Source: Gemmatimonadota bacterium | GTDB taxonomy: Bacteria; Gemmatimonadota; Gemmatimonadetes; Longimicrobiales; Gaopeijiaceae | DNA length: 64,000 bases | Direction of reading: 5' to 3' | Assembly (NCBI GenBank): GCA_040904945.1 | Contig: JBBDSM010000134.1 | Coordinates: 668 to 64,667, forward strand | In this document: piece by piece, positions 50,366 to 62,346 of the stretch | Layout: each line of letters starts with the position of its first letter | Numbering within the stretch: the first letter of the stretch is position 1 | Notes under the pieces: generated by a model | Told to the model about the DNA's origin: nothing | Seen by the model: the letters and a program-made list of their open reading frames with translations, nothing else | The model's database searches: none | Position numbers and translations under genes: made by a program

Positions 50366-51669
50366 TCGACCCGTTCGATCACGAGGGGGAGTGACGGCGG
50401 CGCGTCACCGTCCCCGATCACCACGCTCTCGCGCAACGCGCGCTCTCCCAGCATGAGTCCGTCGTCGTCGCGGGCGTGGACACGGCCGATCGGGGTCCTC
50501 GGGTCGACCCTCTCGCCCGTACGCACGAGCACCTCGAAACCCACACCGGGGTCGATGGCGTCCTCGACGCGGACACGTCCGCCCCCAAGCCCCACCACGG
50601 CTTCTCCGAGCACCCGGGGGCGCACCCTGTGCACGGTCCCCGCACGGTTCGCGGCGACCTCCCTGACCTCTGGAGCTGTATGGAGGCGCTCCGGCGCGTC
50701 GAGCACCGATGGGTCGCCTCCCTGCGCGTCGACCAGGCGCCGGAATCGCTCGAGCGCGGCTCCGGACGCCAGCCTCTCCTCGGCGCTCCGCTGCACCGAA
50801 TCACGGTCCGAGCCGGGCGAGCCCTGGAGAACCATCTCCACGGCTAGCTGCACCACGAGCTCGCGAAGATCGTCGGGACCCTCGCCCCGAAGGCACCGGA
50901 TGGCCTCGGCCGTCTCCAGCCCGTTGCCGACTGCCCGGCCGAGCGGGCGATCCATGGCGGTCAGGAGCGCGAGGGTCCTCAGCCCCCGAGCGTTGCCGAT
51001 CTTCACCATCGAGCGTGCAAGAGACCGGGCGCGCTCGGGGTCGGCCAGGAACGCGCCCTCCCCGACCTTCACGTCCAGGACCAGACCGTCGAGTCCTTCC
51101 GCGAGCTTCTTGCTCATGATGCTCGCGGCGATCAACGGGAGGGAAGGAACCGTTCCGGTCACGTCCCGGAGGGCGTAGAGACGCCGGTCGAGCGGAGCGA
51201 TCTCGCGCGTCTGCCCTGTCATGGCGCAGCCGACACGCTTCAGCACGTCCATGAAGAGGGCGAGCTCGAGATCGACCCTGAAGCCGGGGATCGCCTCGAG
51301 CTTGTCGAGCGTCCCCGTGGTGTGGCCGAGGCCACGGCCCGACATCATGGGCACATAGACACCCAGCTCCGCCACGAGCGGCGCCAGGACGAGCGATACC
51401 TTGTCGCCCACGCCACCGGTCGAGTGCTTGTCGACCCGGGGTCGGTCCAGTGCCGAGAGGTCCAGCGTGGCGCCCGACGCCAGCATCGTGTCGACGAGGA
51501 CGTCGGTCTCGTCCTCCGTCAGCCCCTGGAGCACCACCGCCATGAGGAAGGCGGACATCTGGTAGTCCGGCACGTCCCCGTCGAGGTAGCCACCGAGGAA
51601 CGCACGCAACTCGGCGGGCTCGAGGGGGAGGCCGTCCCTCTTCCGTTCCAGAACGCGGACGGGATTCAC
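50362..51669 (-). CDS. deoA: Thymidine/pyrimidine-nucleoside phosphorylase
   Basis: 435 aa. DYQMSAFLMAV, VDKHSTGGVGDK and MSGRGLGHTGGT-like (MSGRGLGHTTGTLD). Confidence 0.95.
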   Translation of the reverse strand: MNPVRVLERKRDGLPLEPAELRAFLGGYLDGDVPDYQMSAFLMAVVLQGLTEDETDVLVDTMLASGATLDLSALDRPRVDKHSTGGVGDKVSLVLAPLVAELGVYVPMMSGRGLGHTTGTLDKLEAIPGFRVDLELALFMDVLKRVGCAMTGQTREIAPLDRRLYALRDVTGTVPSLPLIAASIMSKKLAEGLDGLVLDVKVGEGAFLADPERARSLARSMVKIGNARGLRTLALLTAMDRPLGRAVGNGLETAEAIRCLRGEGPDDLRELVVQLAVEMVLQGSPGSDRDSVQRSAEERLASGAALERFRRLVDAQGGDPSVLDAPERLHTAPEVREVAANRAGTVHRVRPRVLGEAVVGLGGGRVRVEDAIDPGVGFEVLVRTGERVDPRTPIGRVHARDDDGLMLGERALRESVVIGDGDAPPSLPLVIERVD

Positions 51670-51691
51670 ACCACCGCGGCCTGCGACGAAG

Positions 51692-51934
51692 TCAACGCCC
51701 GAGGCGGCCTCGCGCTCCCTTCAGGGCGTCATCGACGCGCCCGCGCACATCGTCGGCCACGTCTTCCCAGCGGTCGCCCGCCGTGTCCTTGAGGCTCGTC
51801 GCGGTGCGCTGCAGCCGTCGGCGAGTCCGCCGCCCGGGCTCGGGTGCGGTGAGTAGCGCCGCGCTGGCGCCGATGACCGCTCCCAGCAGCAGACCTGAAA
51901 GGAAGCTGATACGGGTATCGTTCTCGTAATCCAT
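51692..51934 (-). CDS. YtxH-like small membrane-anchored protein
   Basis: 80 aa. It has an N-terminal TM (FLSGLLLGAVIGASAALL) and a charged helical tail typical of YtxH. Confidence 0.7.
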   Translation of the reverse strand: MDYENDTRISFLSGLLLGAVIGASAALLTAPEPGRRTRRRLQRTATSLKDTAGDRWEDVADDVRGRVDDALKGARGRLGR

Positions 51935-52000
51935 GGGTTCTCCGGTTCGAGAGGAAGTCCTCGAGTGTATATTTTAGCGGCACGCACGACGAACCACGAG

Positions 52001-52558
52001 ATGGGGGGCGGTTTGAGCGCAACAATGGCGAGCACGAAGGAGGTCGTGGTACCGGTTCAGGTGTTCACCGTACTTCGGCGTGAGTTGGAGAAAGAGGTAG
52101 GCACGCTGCCGGCGGTCCGAGCGCTCCACCACGCCGGTTACGCGGCGGGGGGCGGCGCGGCCTCCTCCTTCGAGGCCAGCGGCACGGCCGAGTCCCTGCC
52201 GGATCTGGCTGCCGGGGATTTCTGGCGCCGGATCGAGCGCTTCTTCTCCAAGCGCGGATGGGGAACGCTCTCCCACGAGGACGTCCATCCGGGCGTCGGA
52301 GTGTTGAGGTCGCCGGATTGGCTGGAGGCCACCCCCGACGCGACCGATCCCGAAGGAAGCTGTTCCTTCACCACGGGATATCTGGCGGGCCTCCTTTCGG
52401 AGCTCTCCAGCCGGCCCGTCGCGGTCCTGGAGGTTACGTGCCGGAGCCGCGGCGACGACGCCTGTCGCTTCGCGTTCGGCTCGGAAGCCGTGATCCACGA
52501 CCTCTACGGCCAGTTGCTCGAAGGCGCGGATTTCGACCGCGCCCTCGAGGCGCTGTAG
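52001..52558 (+). CDS. V4R (4-vinyl reductase-like) domain protein
   Basis: The C-terminal pattern is CSFTTGYLAGLLSEL...VLEVTCRSRGDDACRF. The start is uncertain (GTG 51965, ATG 52001 or ATG 52025). Confidence 0.65.
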   Translation: MGGGLSATMASTKEVVVPVQVFTVLRRELEKEVGTLPAVRALHHAGYAAGGGAASSFEASGTAESLPDLAAGDFWRRIERFFSKRGWGTLSHEDVHPGVGVLRSPDWLEATPDATDPEGSCSFTTGYLAGLLSELSSRPVAVLEVTCRSRGDDACRFAFGSEAVIHDLYGQLLEGADFDRALEAL

Positions 52559-52580
52559 CCGGACCGGAAGAGAACGGAAC

Positions 52581-53006
52581 GTGCGCGTGCTCGGCGTCGA
52601 CTTTGGCATGAAGCGCATCGGTCTCGCGGTGAGCGATCCTACGGGGACCATCGCCACACCGCTGGAAACGGTGAAGCGTCGGGCGGGCAAACGGCTGCCA
52701 CTCAAGCAGATCGAGGAATCCGTCGAGGATTACGACATCGAGCACGTCGTCGTCGGGCTACCGCTCGCCCTCTCCGGCGACGAGAACGACTGGTGCAAGG
52801 AAGTGCGCGATATGGGCGCGAAGCTTGCAACCAGGCTCGGTGTCGACGCCTCGTTCGTGGATGAGCGTATGACGTCGGTTCGCGCCGAGCGCGCCGTTCG
52901 AGCCGTCGGGCTGTCGAGAAGCGCCCGGCGGGACAAAGGACGCGTGGACGCTGGCGCGGCGCAGTTGATTCTCCAATCCTGGCTCGATCGGAGCAAGCAG
53001 GCATGA
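52581..53006 (+). CDS. ruvX: Holliday junction resolvase-like RuvX (YqgF)
   Basis: 141 aa. VLGVDFGMKRIGLAVSD. Confidence 0.92.
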   Translation: MRVLGVDFGMKRIGLAVSDPTGTIATPLETVKRRAGKRLPLKQIEESVEDYDIEHVVVGLPLALSGDENDWCKEVRDMGAKLATRLGVDASFVDERMTSVRAERAVRAVGLSRSARRDKGRVDAGAAQLILQSWLDRSKQA

Positions 53007-53992
53007 CGATTTCCAAGGTCGGAAAGACGGGCGCGCTGGCGCTCGCCCTCGTCCTGGCCGCGTGCGGCTCGGACGGACCTCCGGTGGAGGTTTCTATTCC
53101 AAGCGGATCGGGGTTCTCAGAGGTCGTCGACACGCTGAGCGCGCGCGGCATCGTCGGGCGCCCGGGGCTGTTCACTCTCTACGCCCGGTTGCGCGGAGCC
53201 GATCGAGAGGTCCGCGCCGGTCGTTACGCGCTGACTCCCGGCAGCTCGTGGAACAGAGTCATCCGGGTCCTCACCCAGGGCAACGTCATCACGGTGCCCG
53301 TGACCATCCCCGAGGGCTTCACCCTCACGCAGATGGCACCGCGCATCGCCGAGATCTCGGGTGTGACGGCAGGCTCGGTTCTGGCGTACCTCTCCCGAGA
53401 CGAGGTGGTCCACAAACTCGGCATCCCCGGCCCCACGCCCGAGGGATACCTCTTCCCCGACACCTACAGGTTCACGCCGGGGACCCGGGTATCGACCGTG
53501 GTCGAAACCATGGTCGATCGGTATCGCGCGGTATGGACGCCGGAACGGAGGGCCAGCCTGGCGGAGGTCGACATGACGGAGCGCGAGCTCGTCACGCTGG
53601 CGTCGATCATCCAGGCCGAAGCCCGCCAGGTTCAGGAGATGCCGCTCATCTCGGGCGTGTACCATCGACGCCTCGACCTGGGGTGGCTCCTCCAAGCCGA
53701 CCCGACCGTGCTCTACGCGCTCGGCGGGCCCCGGGAGCGTCTGCTTTACGCTGCCATCGACTCGGTCGCGGACAATCCCTACAACACCTATCGGCAGGGG
53801 GGACTCCCTCCCGGTCCCATCGGGGCCCCCGGTGAGCTCGCGATCGATGCGGCGCTGGCTCCGGAGGGCGACTACCTGTTCTTCGTGGCCCGCCCCGACG
53901 GATCGCACGTCTTTACGCGGTCCCTCGCGGATCACAACCGGGCCAAAGCAGAGTCGCAGCGTATGAGGGAAGCCGATTCCGGGCTTCGCTGA
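53003..53992 (+). CDS. mltG: Endolytic murein transglycosylase MltG (YceG)
   Basis: N-terminal anchor or lipoprotein-like sequence, then EGYLFPDTYRF, LASIIQAEA and YNTY. It overlaps ruvX by ATGA. Confidence 0.93.
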   Translation: MTISKVGKTGALALALVLAACGSDGPPVEVSIPSGSGFSEVVDTLSARGIVGRPGLFTLYARLRGADREVRAGRYALTPGSSWNRVIRVLTQGNVITVPVTIPEGFTLTQMAPRIAEISGVTAGSVLAYLSRDEVVHKLGIPGPTPEGYLFPDTYRFTPGTRVSTVVETMVDRYRAVWTPERRASLAEVDMTERELVTLASIIQAEARQVQEMPLISGVYHRRLDLGWLLQADPTVLYALGGPRERLLYAAIDSVADNPYNTYRQGGLPPGPIGAPGELAIDAALAPEGDYLFFVARPDGSHVFTRSLADHNRAKAESQRMREADSGLR

Positions 53993-54050
53993 GCCGGCCA
54001 TCGACGGCGAAGCTTCTCGGGCCCTGGCGTCCCGGCTCCGGCTCATCGTC

Positions 54051-54656
54051 GTGACGGACGCCGCCCTCGCGGCTCCCCGTTCCGTCGTGGAGGTCGTGGA
54101 GGCTGCGCTCGGGGCCGGCGCCCCGGCGATCCAGCTGCGGAACAAGGGGGAAAGCGCGCGCGCACTCCACGAGATCGGCGGTGTCATCCGGGCACTCACG
54201 GACCGCTCCGGCGCCCTCTTCTTCGTGAACGACCGTCTCGACGTCGCCCTGAGCCTGGGAGCGGACGGCGTGCATCTCGGACCCGACGACGTCCCGGTCC
54301 CTGCCGCGCGCGCGGTGACGCCAGAGGGCTTCTTGATCGGCTACTCCACCGACGATCCGGTAGAGGCGACCCGGGCCATCGGCGAGGGGGCGGACTACAT
54401 CGGGTGCGGCGCGGTCTACCGGACGTCGACGAAAGGAGACGCGGGCGCGGCCATCGGCGCCGAAGGACTCGCCCGTGTGGCGCGGGCGGTCGAGGCTCCG
54501 GTCGTCGGTATCGGTGGCATCGACGAGGGTCGGGTCACCGAGGTGGCGGCGTGCGGTGCGGCGGGTGTCGCCGTCGTGGGAGCCGTCATGCGGGCGTCCG
54601 ACGTCGCGACCAGCGTGCGGCGTCTCCTGGCACCCTGGAGCAGCTCGGAGAGGTGA
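54051..54656 (+). CDS. thiE: Thiamine-phosphate synthase
   Basis: IQLRNKG, FFVNDRLDVAL..GADGVHLG and VVGIGGI. The first canonical start, GTG 54051, lies after the in-frame conserved-looking LRLIVV strand. The true start is uncertain. Confidence 0.88.
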   Translation: MTDAALAAPRSVVEVVEAALGAGAPAIQLRNKGESARALHEIGGVIRALTDRSGALFFVNDRLDVALSLGADGVHLGPDDVPVPAARAVTPEGFLIGYSTDDPVEATRAIGEGADYIGCGAVYRTSTKGDAGAAIGAEGLARVARAVEAPVVGIGGIDEGRVTEVAACGAAGVAVVGAVMRASDVATSVRRLLAPWSSSER

Positions 54657-54680
54657 GGGTCTCGGCCTAGTGTCCCGACA

Positions 54681-55499
54681 CTAGAGTCCGCCGGCGTCCA
54701 GGAACGTCGCCACCTCCTCGCTCGTGACGAAGAAGTCCCCGAGTTGGGCGCCGCCGTCGGGGCTGTGCCAGTCCGAGCCGCCGGTCGGGAAGAGTCCCCT
54801 GGAGCGACAGATATTTTCCAGGCGTAGCATCTGGTCCCTCCGGTTCCGCGGCCGATAGACCTCCATCCCGCGCAACCCGGCCTCGACCATGGGGTCGATG
54901 AGGTCCTGCACCATCTCACCGGGTGGATGGGCCCATACGGCGAGTCCTCCCGCCGCCTCGATGATGCCGATGGCGTCCATGGGCGTGAGCATGTGGGTCG
55001 ACACGAAGGCGGGACCATTGTCTGCGATAAGCGTGTCGAACGCCTCCGAGATGCTCGCGACATGTCCCCCCTCCACGAGGGCCTGCGCCAGGTGCGGACG
55101 CCCGAGCACGACCCGGTCCGGGCCTGCCGCCCGCTCCACCGCCTCGAAGGGTACTTCGATCCCCAGGCCGTCGAGCTTGGCCAGCATCTCGCGCATGCGC
55201 TCCTCCCGGCGGTTCCGGGCGATGCGCTCGTGCTCGCGCAACTCGGTCGCAGCCGGGTCTACGAAGTAGCCGAGCACATGGATGTCGCGGCCCGCATGGC
55301 TCGAGCTCACCTCGATTCCGGGGATGACCTGAAGGTTCAGGTCGGCTCCGAGCGCGATCGCCGCGGCGCAACCGGCGGTCGTGTCGTGATCCGTCACCGC
55401 GAGCGCATCGAGTCCCCGCTCGGCGGCCGTCCGTGTCACATCCTCGGGCGACCAGGCCCCGTCCGACGCGGTGGTGTGTACGTGCAGGTCCAGCTTCAT
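54681..55499 (-). CDS. PHP-domain metal-dependent phosphoesterase (TrpH/YciV-like)
   Basis: 272 aa. MKLDLHVHTTASDGAWSPEDV, AVTDHDT and GGSDWH. Confidence 0.88.
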   Translation of the reverse strand: MKLDLHVHTTASDGAWSPEDVTRTAAERGLDALAVTDHDTTAGCAAAIALGADLNLQVIPGIEVSSSHAGRDIHVLGYFVDPAATELREHERIARNRREERMREMLAKLDGLGIEVPFEAVERAAGPDRVVLGRPHLAQALVEGGHVASISEAFDTLIADNGPAFVSTHMLTPMDAIGIIEAAGGLAVWAHPPGEMVQDLIDPMVEAGLRGMEVYRPRNRRDQMLRLENICRSRGLFPTGGSDWHSPDGGAQLGDFFVTSEEVATFLDAGGL

Positions 55500-55524
55500 G
55501 GTCTATCTCGTTTCCAAAGCGAAA

Positions 55525-55553
55525 GGGCGGGCGGGCGCCGAAGCGCCCGCCCC
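55525..55553 (-). terminator. atp operon intrinsic terminator-like hairpin
   Basis: On the minus-strand RNA: ...GGGCGGGCGC-UUCG-GCGCCCGCCC(GCCC)-UUUCGCUUUGG. It has a 10-bp perfect GC stem, extendable with one mismatch, and a UUCG loop. A U-rich tail follows. It lies 54 nt after the atpC stop. Confidence 0.5.
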
Positions 55554-55574
55554 CCCCCCCCCCCCCCCCCCCCC
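55550..55574. repeat. Homopolymer C25 (G25 on the transcribed strand)
   Basis: Counted directly: 25 consecutive C from 55550 to 55574. It is intergenic between atpC and the PHP gene, and its 3' end feeds into the terminator stem. Confidence 0.95.
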
Positions 55575-55606
55575 GCCCGTGTTCGGTGCACCGGCAGCGA
55601 CCGCCG

Positions 55607-55927
55607 TCACTGCTCCAGCACATCCTCCGGATCCAGCATCAAGCCTTCGGGGATCTCCCGCAACGGCTCAGTTCCGGCATACTCGGTGAGGAGCGTCACG
55701 ACATCGCGCTCGACCTTCATCACGCCACCCGCCACGTGGAAGATGTCGCTTCCACCACCGGGACGCTCCAGGGTCAGCGGTCCGATACCCAGCAACGTCA
55801 GGAGCGGCGCGTGGCCCGGAAGTACTCCGAGCTGGCCGTCCCACGACGGGGCGATGAGCGCCGCAGCGGGGCCCTCGAACACGACCTTGCTGGGAGACAC
55901 CACCTGCACCTGGAGCGAAGCGGCCAC
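55607..55927 (-). CDS. atpC: F1 ATP synthase subunit epsilon
   Basis: 106 aa. The N-terminal beta-sandwich pattern is VVSP...VFEG......PS..G..GVLPGHAPL. It is the last gene of the atp operon. Confidence 0.92.
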   Translation of the reverse strand: MAASLQVQVVSPSKVVFEGPAAALIAPSWDGQLGVLPGHAPLLTLLGIGPLTLERPGGGSDIFHVAGGVMKVERDVVTLLTEYAGTEPLREIPEGLMLDPEDVLEQ

Positions 55928-55929
55928 GA

Positions 55930-58244
<2,315 letters not shown>

Positions 58245-58259
58245 GTGTCGTCCCCCGCC

Positions 58260-59837
58260 TTACGCGGTCACGGGTTGGGCGGCCGCTGTCCGCGACAGCT
58301 CGGCCTTGAACCCGGTGGTGTACCCTTCGATGGCTGCCCCCAGCTTCTTCTCGATCTCTTCGGTGAGCTGCTTGCCCTCGCGGATCCCCGTGAGAATGTC
58401 GGTGTGCTTGGCGCCGAGCTCCTGGTGGAAGCCCCGCTCCCACTGACGCATCCGCTCCACGGGCACGTCATCGACGAAGCCGTTGGTCACCGCATAGATG
58501 ACCGCGACCTGATTTTCGACGGCCACCGGCTGGTACTGCGGCTGCTTCAGCAGCTCGACCGTCCGGGCGCCTCGCGCCAGCTGTCGCTGGGTGGCGGCGT
58601 CCAGGTCGGAGCCGAACTGCGCGAACGCCTCGAGCTCACGGTACTGAGCGAGGTCGAGACGGAGGCGGCCGGCAACCTTCTTCATCGCCTTGATCTGCGC
58701 CGAGCCACCTACGCGGGATACGGAGATACCGACGTTCACCGCCGGCCGCACGCCCGAGTAGAAGAGGTCCGGCTCCAGGAAGATCTGGCCGTCCGTGATC
58801 GAGATCACGTTCGTCGGGATGTAGGCCGAAACGTCGCCGGCCTGCGTCTCGATGATCGGGAGCGCGGTCATGGATCCGCCACCATGCTCATCGGAAAGCT
58901 TCGCGGCCCGCTCGAGCAGACGAGAGTGCAGGTAGAACACGTCACCCGGGTAGGCCTCACGCCCGGGAGGCCGCCGGAGAATCAGCGACAGCTGGCGGTA
59001 CGCCTGGGCCTGCTTGGATAGGTCGTCATAGACGACCAGCGTGTGCTTGCCCTGCCACATGAAGTGCTCGGCCAACGCGGTCGCCGAGTAGGGCGCGATG
59101 TACTGCATCGGCGCCGGATCGGAGGCGCTCGACGTGACGACGATCGTGTAGTCGAGCGCATCGTGCTCCCGGAGCGTCTCCACGACACTCCGCACCTTGC
59201 CGGCCCGCTGGCCGACGGCGCAGTAGACGCAGATGACGTCCTGCCCCTTCTGGTTGATGATCGTGTCGATGGCCACGGCGGTCTTTCCCGTGCCGCGGTC
59301 GCCGATGATCAGCTCGCGCTGACCCCGACCGATCGGAATCATCGCGTCGATGGCCTTGATGCCGGTCTGCATCGGCTCGCTCACGGGCTGCCGCAGCACG
59401 ATGCCGGGCGCCACGATGTCGATCTGGCGCTTCCCCTCGATCCCGTCGATGGGGCCGAGCCCGTCGACCGGATTTCCGAGCGGATCGACGACCCGCCCGA
59501 GGTAGCCCGGACCGACGTCGATGTCGAGCACGCGACCGGTGCGGCGCACCTGGTCTCCCTCGTGCAGGGACGTCCACTCCCCCATCACGACCGCGCCGAT
59601 GTTGTCCTCTTCGAGGTTCAGCGCGAGCGCCGTGACCGTCTCTCCGGTCTCGGAGGACGTGATCTCGAGCATCTCGGAGGCCATCGCCTTCATGAGCCCG
59701 TAAATGCGAGCGATGCCGTCCCTTACTTCGAGGACTTCACCGATCTCCTCGGCCCGCAGGTCTTCGTCGTAGTGCTCGATTTCCTTGAGCAGCACGTCTT
59801 TGATCTCGCCGGCGCGGAGTTGCGAATCGTTGGCCAT
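58260..59837 (-). CDS. atpA: F1 ATP synthase subunit alpha
   Basis: 525 aa. [15 protein letters not shown] (Walker A). Confidence 0.98.
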   Translation of the reverse strand: MANDSQLRAGEIKDVLLKEIEHYDEDLRAEEIGEVLEVRDGIARIYGLMKAMASEMLEITSSETGETVTALALNLEEDNIGAVVMGEWTSLHEGDQVRRTGRVLDIDVGPGYLGRVVDPLGNPVDGLGPIDGIEGKRQIDIVAPGIVLRQPVSEPMQTGIKAIDAMIPIGRGQRELIIGDRGTGKTAVAIDTIINQKGQDVICVYCAVGQRAGKVRSVVETLREHDALDYTIVVTSSASDPAPMQYIAPYSATALAEHFMWQGKHTLVVYDDLSKQAQAYRQLSLILRRPPGREAYPGDVFYLHSRLLERAAKLSDEHGGGSMTALPIIETQAGDVSAYIPTNVISITDGQIFLEPDLFYSGVRPAVNVGISVSRVGGSAQIKAMKKVAGRLRLDLAQYRELEAFAQFGSDLDAATQRQLARGARTVELLKQPQYQPVAVENQVAVIYAVTNGFVDDVPVERMRQWERGFHQELGAKHTDILTGIREGKQLTEEIEKKLGAAIEGYTTGFKAELSRTAAAQPVTA

Positions 59838-59871
59838 CTCTATTGGATCCTGAGTTCAGGGATCGTGCGGT

Positions 59872-60441
59872 TCATGGGCTACCCACCGCTCCGGCGGGCA
59901 GCTCGGCGTTCAGCATGCGACTCCGCATGCCTTCCAGCCTCCTCCGTACCGATCCGTCGTAGATCGTATCACCAGTTCTTACGATGATCCCCCCGATGAT
60001 CGCCGGCTTCACCCGGACGTGGGGAATCGCTTTCTTGCCGAGCGCCGTCGAGAGACGCTCGCCGATGATGCTGCTGGTCTCCTCGTCCGGCGTTCGCGCG
60101 ACGGTCACCTCGACGTGCTCCCTGCCGAGATGCTCGTCGACCAGCATCGAGTACTCCCACGCGATCCGCCCGAGCAGCCTCTGGCGGCGCTTGTCGATGG
60201 TGACCAGCACGAAGTTCAGCACGTGCTTGGGGACCTCGTCTCCGAAGACCTTCCGCACGAGCGCCTTCTTGTCCTCGTCGTCGATCCGCGGCGTCTCCAG
60301 GAAGAGCCGGAACTTCGGCTCCGCGTCGAGCTGCCCGGCCACGGTGCGCAGCGCATGCCCGTACTCCTCGGCCTGCTGCTCCCGTACCGCGAGCTCGAAG
60401 AGCGTCTCGGCGTATTTCCGGGCGACGGTCCCGTCCCTCAC
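59872..60441 (-). CDS. atpH: F1 ATP synthase subunit delta (OSCP)
   Basis: 189 aa. Assigned by OSCP-like sequence and its position between atpF and atpA. Confidence 0.9.
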   Translation of the reverse strand: MRDGTVARKYAETLFELAVREQQAEEYGHALRTVAGQLDAEPKFRLFLETPRIDDEDKKALVRKVFGDEVPKHVLNFVLVTIDKRRQRLLGRIAWEYSMLVDEHLGREHVEVTVARTPDEETSSIIGERLSTALGKKAIPHVRVKPAIIGGIIVRTGDTIYDGSVRRRLEGMRSRMLNAELPAGAVGSP

Positions 60442-61070
60442 GACGACACGCTCCGTTCCGAGGCCAACTCGGCCAGGTACCGCTCCACCATCTCACGGTC
60501 GTTCTGGCCGTCGAGCTTCTCACGCAGCAGGTGCGAAGCCGCCGCCAGGGCGAGCTCCACGGACTCCCTGCGCAGCATGTCGATCGCCTCGTCCCTCTCG
60601 CGCTCGATCTCGGCCCGGGCGCGCTGGATGAGCACCTGCCCCTCCTCACGCGCCTTCTCCTCGATCTCCCTGCGAAGGCGCTCGCCGGCGGCCTTGCCCT
60701 CGGCGATCATCTCATTGGCCTGCCTGCGTGCGTCGGCCAGCTGATCGCGATGCTCCTGGAGCAGCCGCTCGGCCTCGGCGTTGCGGGCCACGGCCTCGTC
60801 GATCGCCGACTGGATCCCCTTCTCTCGCGACTCTACGGCGGAGAGGATGGGCCCCCAGGCGAACTTCCAAAGGATGCCGAGCAAGGCCAGGAAGACGATG
60901 GTCGTCCAGACCGTCGTCCCCAGATTCACGGTGAAGAGCGGCGTCGTGCCCTCCCCACCCTGAGCGGCCAGCACCGCTCCCGGGAATCCTGCGAGCAGGA
61001 CCCCGAGCACGACAGCCACACGGCTCGTCCTCATTGCGTTCTCCATTGCGGTTCTCGTCTCGTCCGACAC
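60438..61070 (-). CDS. atpF: Fo ATP synthase subunit b
   Basis: 210 aa. It has an N-terminal TM and a long charged coiled coil. It overlaps atpH by 4 nt. Confidence 0.88.
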   Translation of the reverse strand: MSDETRTAMENAMRTSRVAVVLGVLLAGFPGAVLAAQGGEGTTPLFTVNLGTTVWTTIVFLALLGILWKFAWGPILSAVESREKGIQSAIDEAVARNAEAERLLQEHRDQLADARRQANEMIAEGKAAGERLRREIEEKAREEGQVLIQRARAEIERERDEAIDMLRRESVELALAAASHLLREKLDGQNDREMVERYLAELASERSVSS

Positions 61071-61096
61071 GCCTCCCGAGGAGGCGAACGAAAGAT

Positions 61097-61351
61097 CTAG
61101 AACTTCAGGAACGCGAGGCCGAGACCGAAGAGCGCCGCGCCCTCGATGAGCGCCGCGAGAATGATGGACGCCGTCTGGATGTTGTTGGCGGCTTCGGGCT
61201 GGCGCGCGATGCCGGACGCCATCTGGGCGCCGATCTGACCGATTCCGATACCGGCGCCGATCACCGTGAGGCCGATAGCGAGTCCGGCGCCCACGAGGCC
61301 GAGCCCACTCTGGGCGATTCCTTCTTGAGCAGCCTGGAACATGAGGTACAT
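61097..61351 (-). CDS. atpE: Fo ATP synthase subunit c
   Basis: 84 aa. It is a two-helix hairpin with a Gly-rich helix 1 (GAGLAIGLTVIGAGIGIGQIG). Helix 2 carries a conserved carboxylate (LIEGAALFG). Confidence 0.95.
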   Translation of the reverse strand: MYLMFQAAQEGIAQSGLGLVGAGLAIGLTVIGAGIGIGQIGAQMASGIARQPEAANNIQTASIILAALIEGAALFGLGLAFLKF

Positions 61352-61384
61352 AATCTAATCCTCGAACGTTGTTGAGGGTGTTGC

Positions 61385-61399
61385 GTCCGCCTGGCGGAC
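61385..61399 (-). promoter_or_regulatory. Small palindrome in the atpB-atpE intergenic spacer
   Basis: GTCCGCC-T-GGCGGAC. It could be an intra-operon mRNA hairpin. This is weak evidence only. Confidence 0.2.
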
Positions 61400-61434
61400 A
61401 CGGTGGAGAATAAACTCCCGATGACTTCGCGGGC

Positions 61435-62346
61435 TCAGTGGGCGTGCCGAATGAGACCGATGAACACCGATGTGAGCATCGCGAAGATGTATGCCTGGAG
61501 ACATGCTACGAAGAGCTCCAGGATCATGATGAGGCTCATCACGAGTACCGATGCGCCTCCAACCACGAAGTTCTGGGTGACCAGGATGAGGCCGACGATG
61601 GCCAGAATCAAAATGTGACCGGCCATCATGTTCGCGAACAGACGCACGGCCAGCGCGAACGGCTTGGTCAGCTTCCCTAGGAACTCGACCGGGGTCATGA
61701 TCGCCAGGATGATCGGCTTCATGGGACCCGGAAGTCCCTCGGGCACATAGAAGATGGTCTTGGCGTACCCGGCCGGCCCGAGCGCCCGCCACCCCGCGAC
61801 CTCGGTCGCGATGAAGGCGATTCCGGCGAGCGCGGCCGTGACGGACAGATTCGCCGTCGCAGTGATCCCGAACGGCGTGAGGCCGAGCAGGTTCATGAAC
61901 AGGATGAAGAAGAAGATCGTGAGGATGAAAGGCGTGTAGCCGTCACCATCCTTCCCGATGTTCGCCCGAACGATCTCGTCCCGGAAGTACAGGATGAGAG
62001 CTTCAGCACCGTTCACGAATCCACTGGGAGCGCTCCCCGATCCCCGGCGCGCGAGTGAGCGGGCCACGGGTACGAAGAGCGCGATGCAGAGGATCGCCGA
62101 CAGGAAGATGAAGATCAGCTGGCGCGTGGGAGACAGATCGAGCGCAAGGCCACCGATGTGGATGGGCTCGAACGCGAAGGCTCCGAGGTCGAGGTGCATC
62201 CCGAGGAACTCGAAGGCGCGGGAGTCCTCGAGGTGGTGCGAGATGTAGTCCGGGATCTCGTCGATGGCGTCGAGCCCGTACGCCCCGCCCGTGCTCTGGG
62301 CCGCCGCTTCGGCGGCGTAATCCTGTGCCGAACCCTGCATGGTCAC
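61435..62346 (-). CDS. atpB: Fo ATP synthase subunit a
   Basis: 303 aa. LAVRLFANMMAGH carries the essential Arg. The protein is polytopic. Confidence 0.95.
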   Translation of the reverse strand: MTMQGSAQDYAAEAAAQSTGGAYGLDAIDEIPDYISHHLEDSRAFEFLGMHLDLGAFAFEPIHIGGLALDLSPTRQLIFIFLSAILCIALFVPVARSLARRGSGSAPSGFVNGAEALILYFRDEIVRANIGKDGDGYTPFILTIFFFILFMNLLGLTPFGITATANLSVTAALAGIAFIATEVAGWRALGPAGYAKTIFYVPEGLPGPMKPIILAIMTPVEFLGKLTKPFALAVRLFANMMAGHILILAIVGLILVTQNFVVGGASVLVMSLIMILELFVACLQAYIFAMLTSVFIGLIRHAH

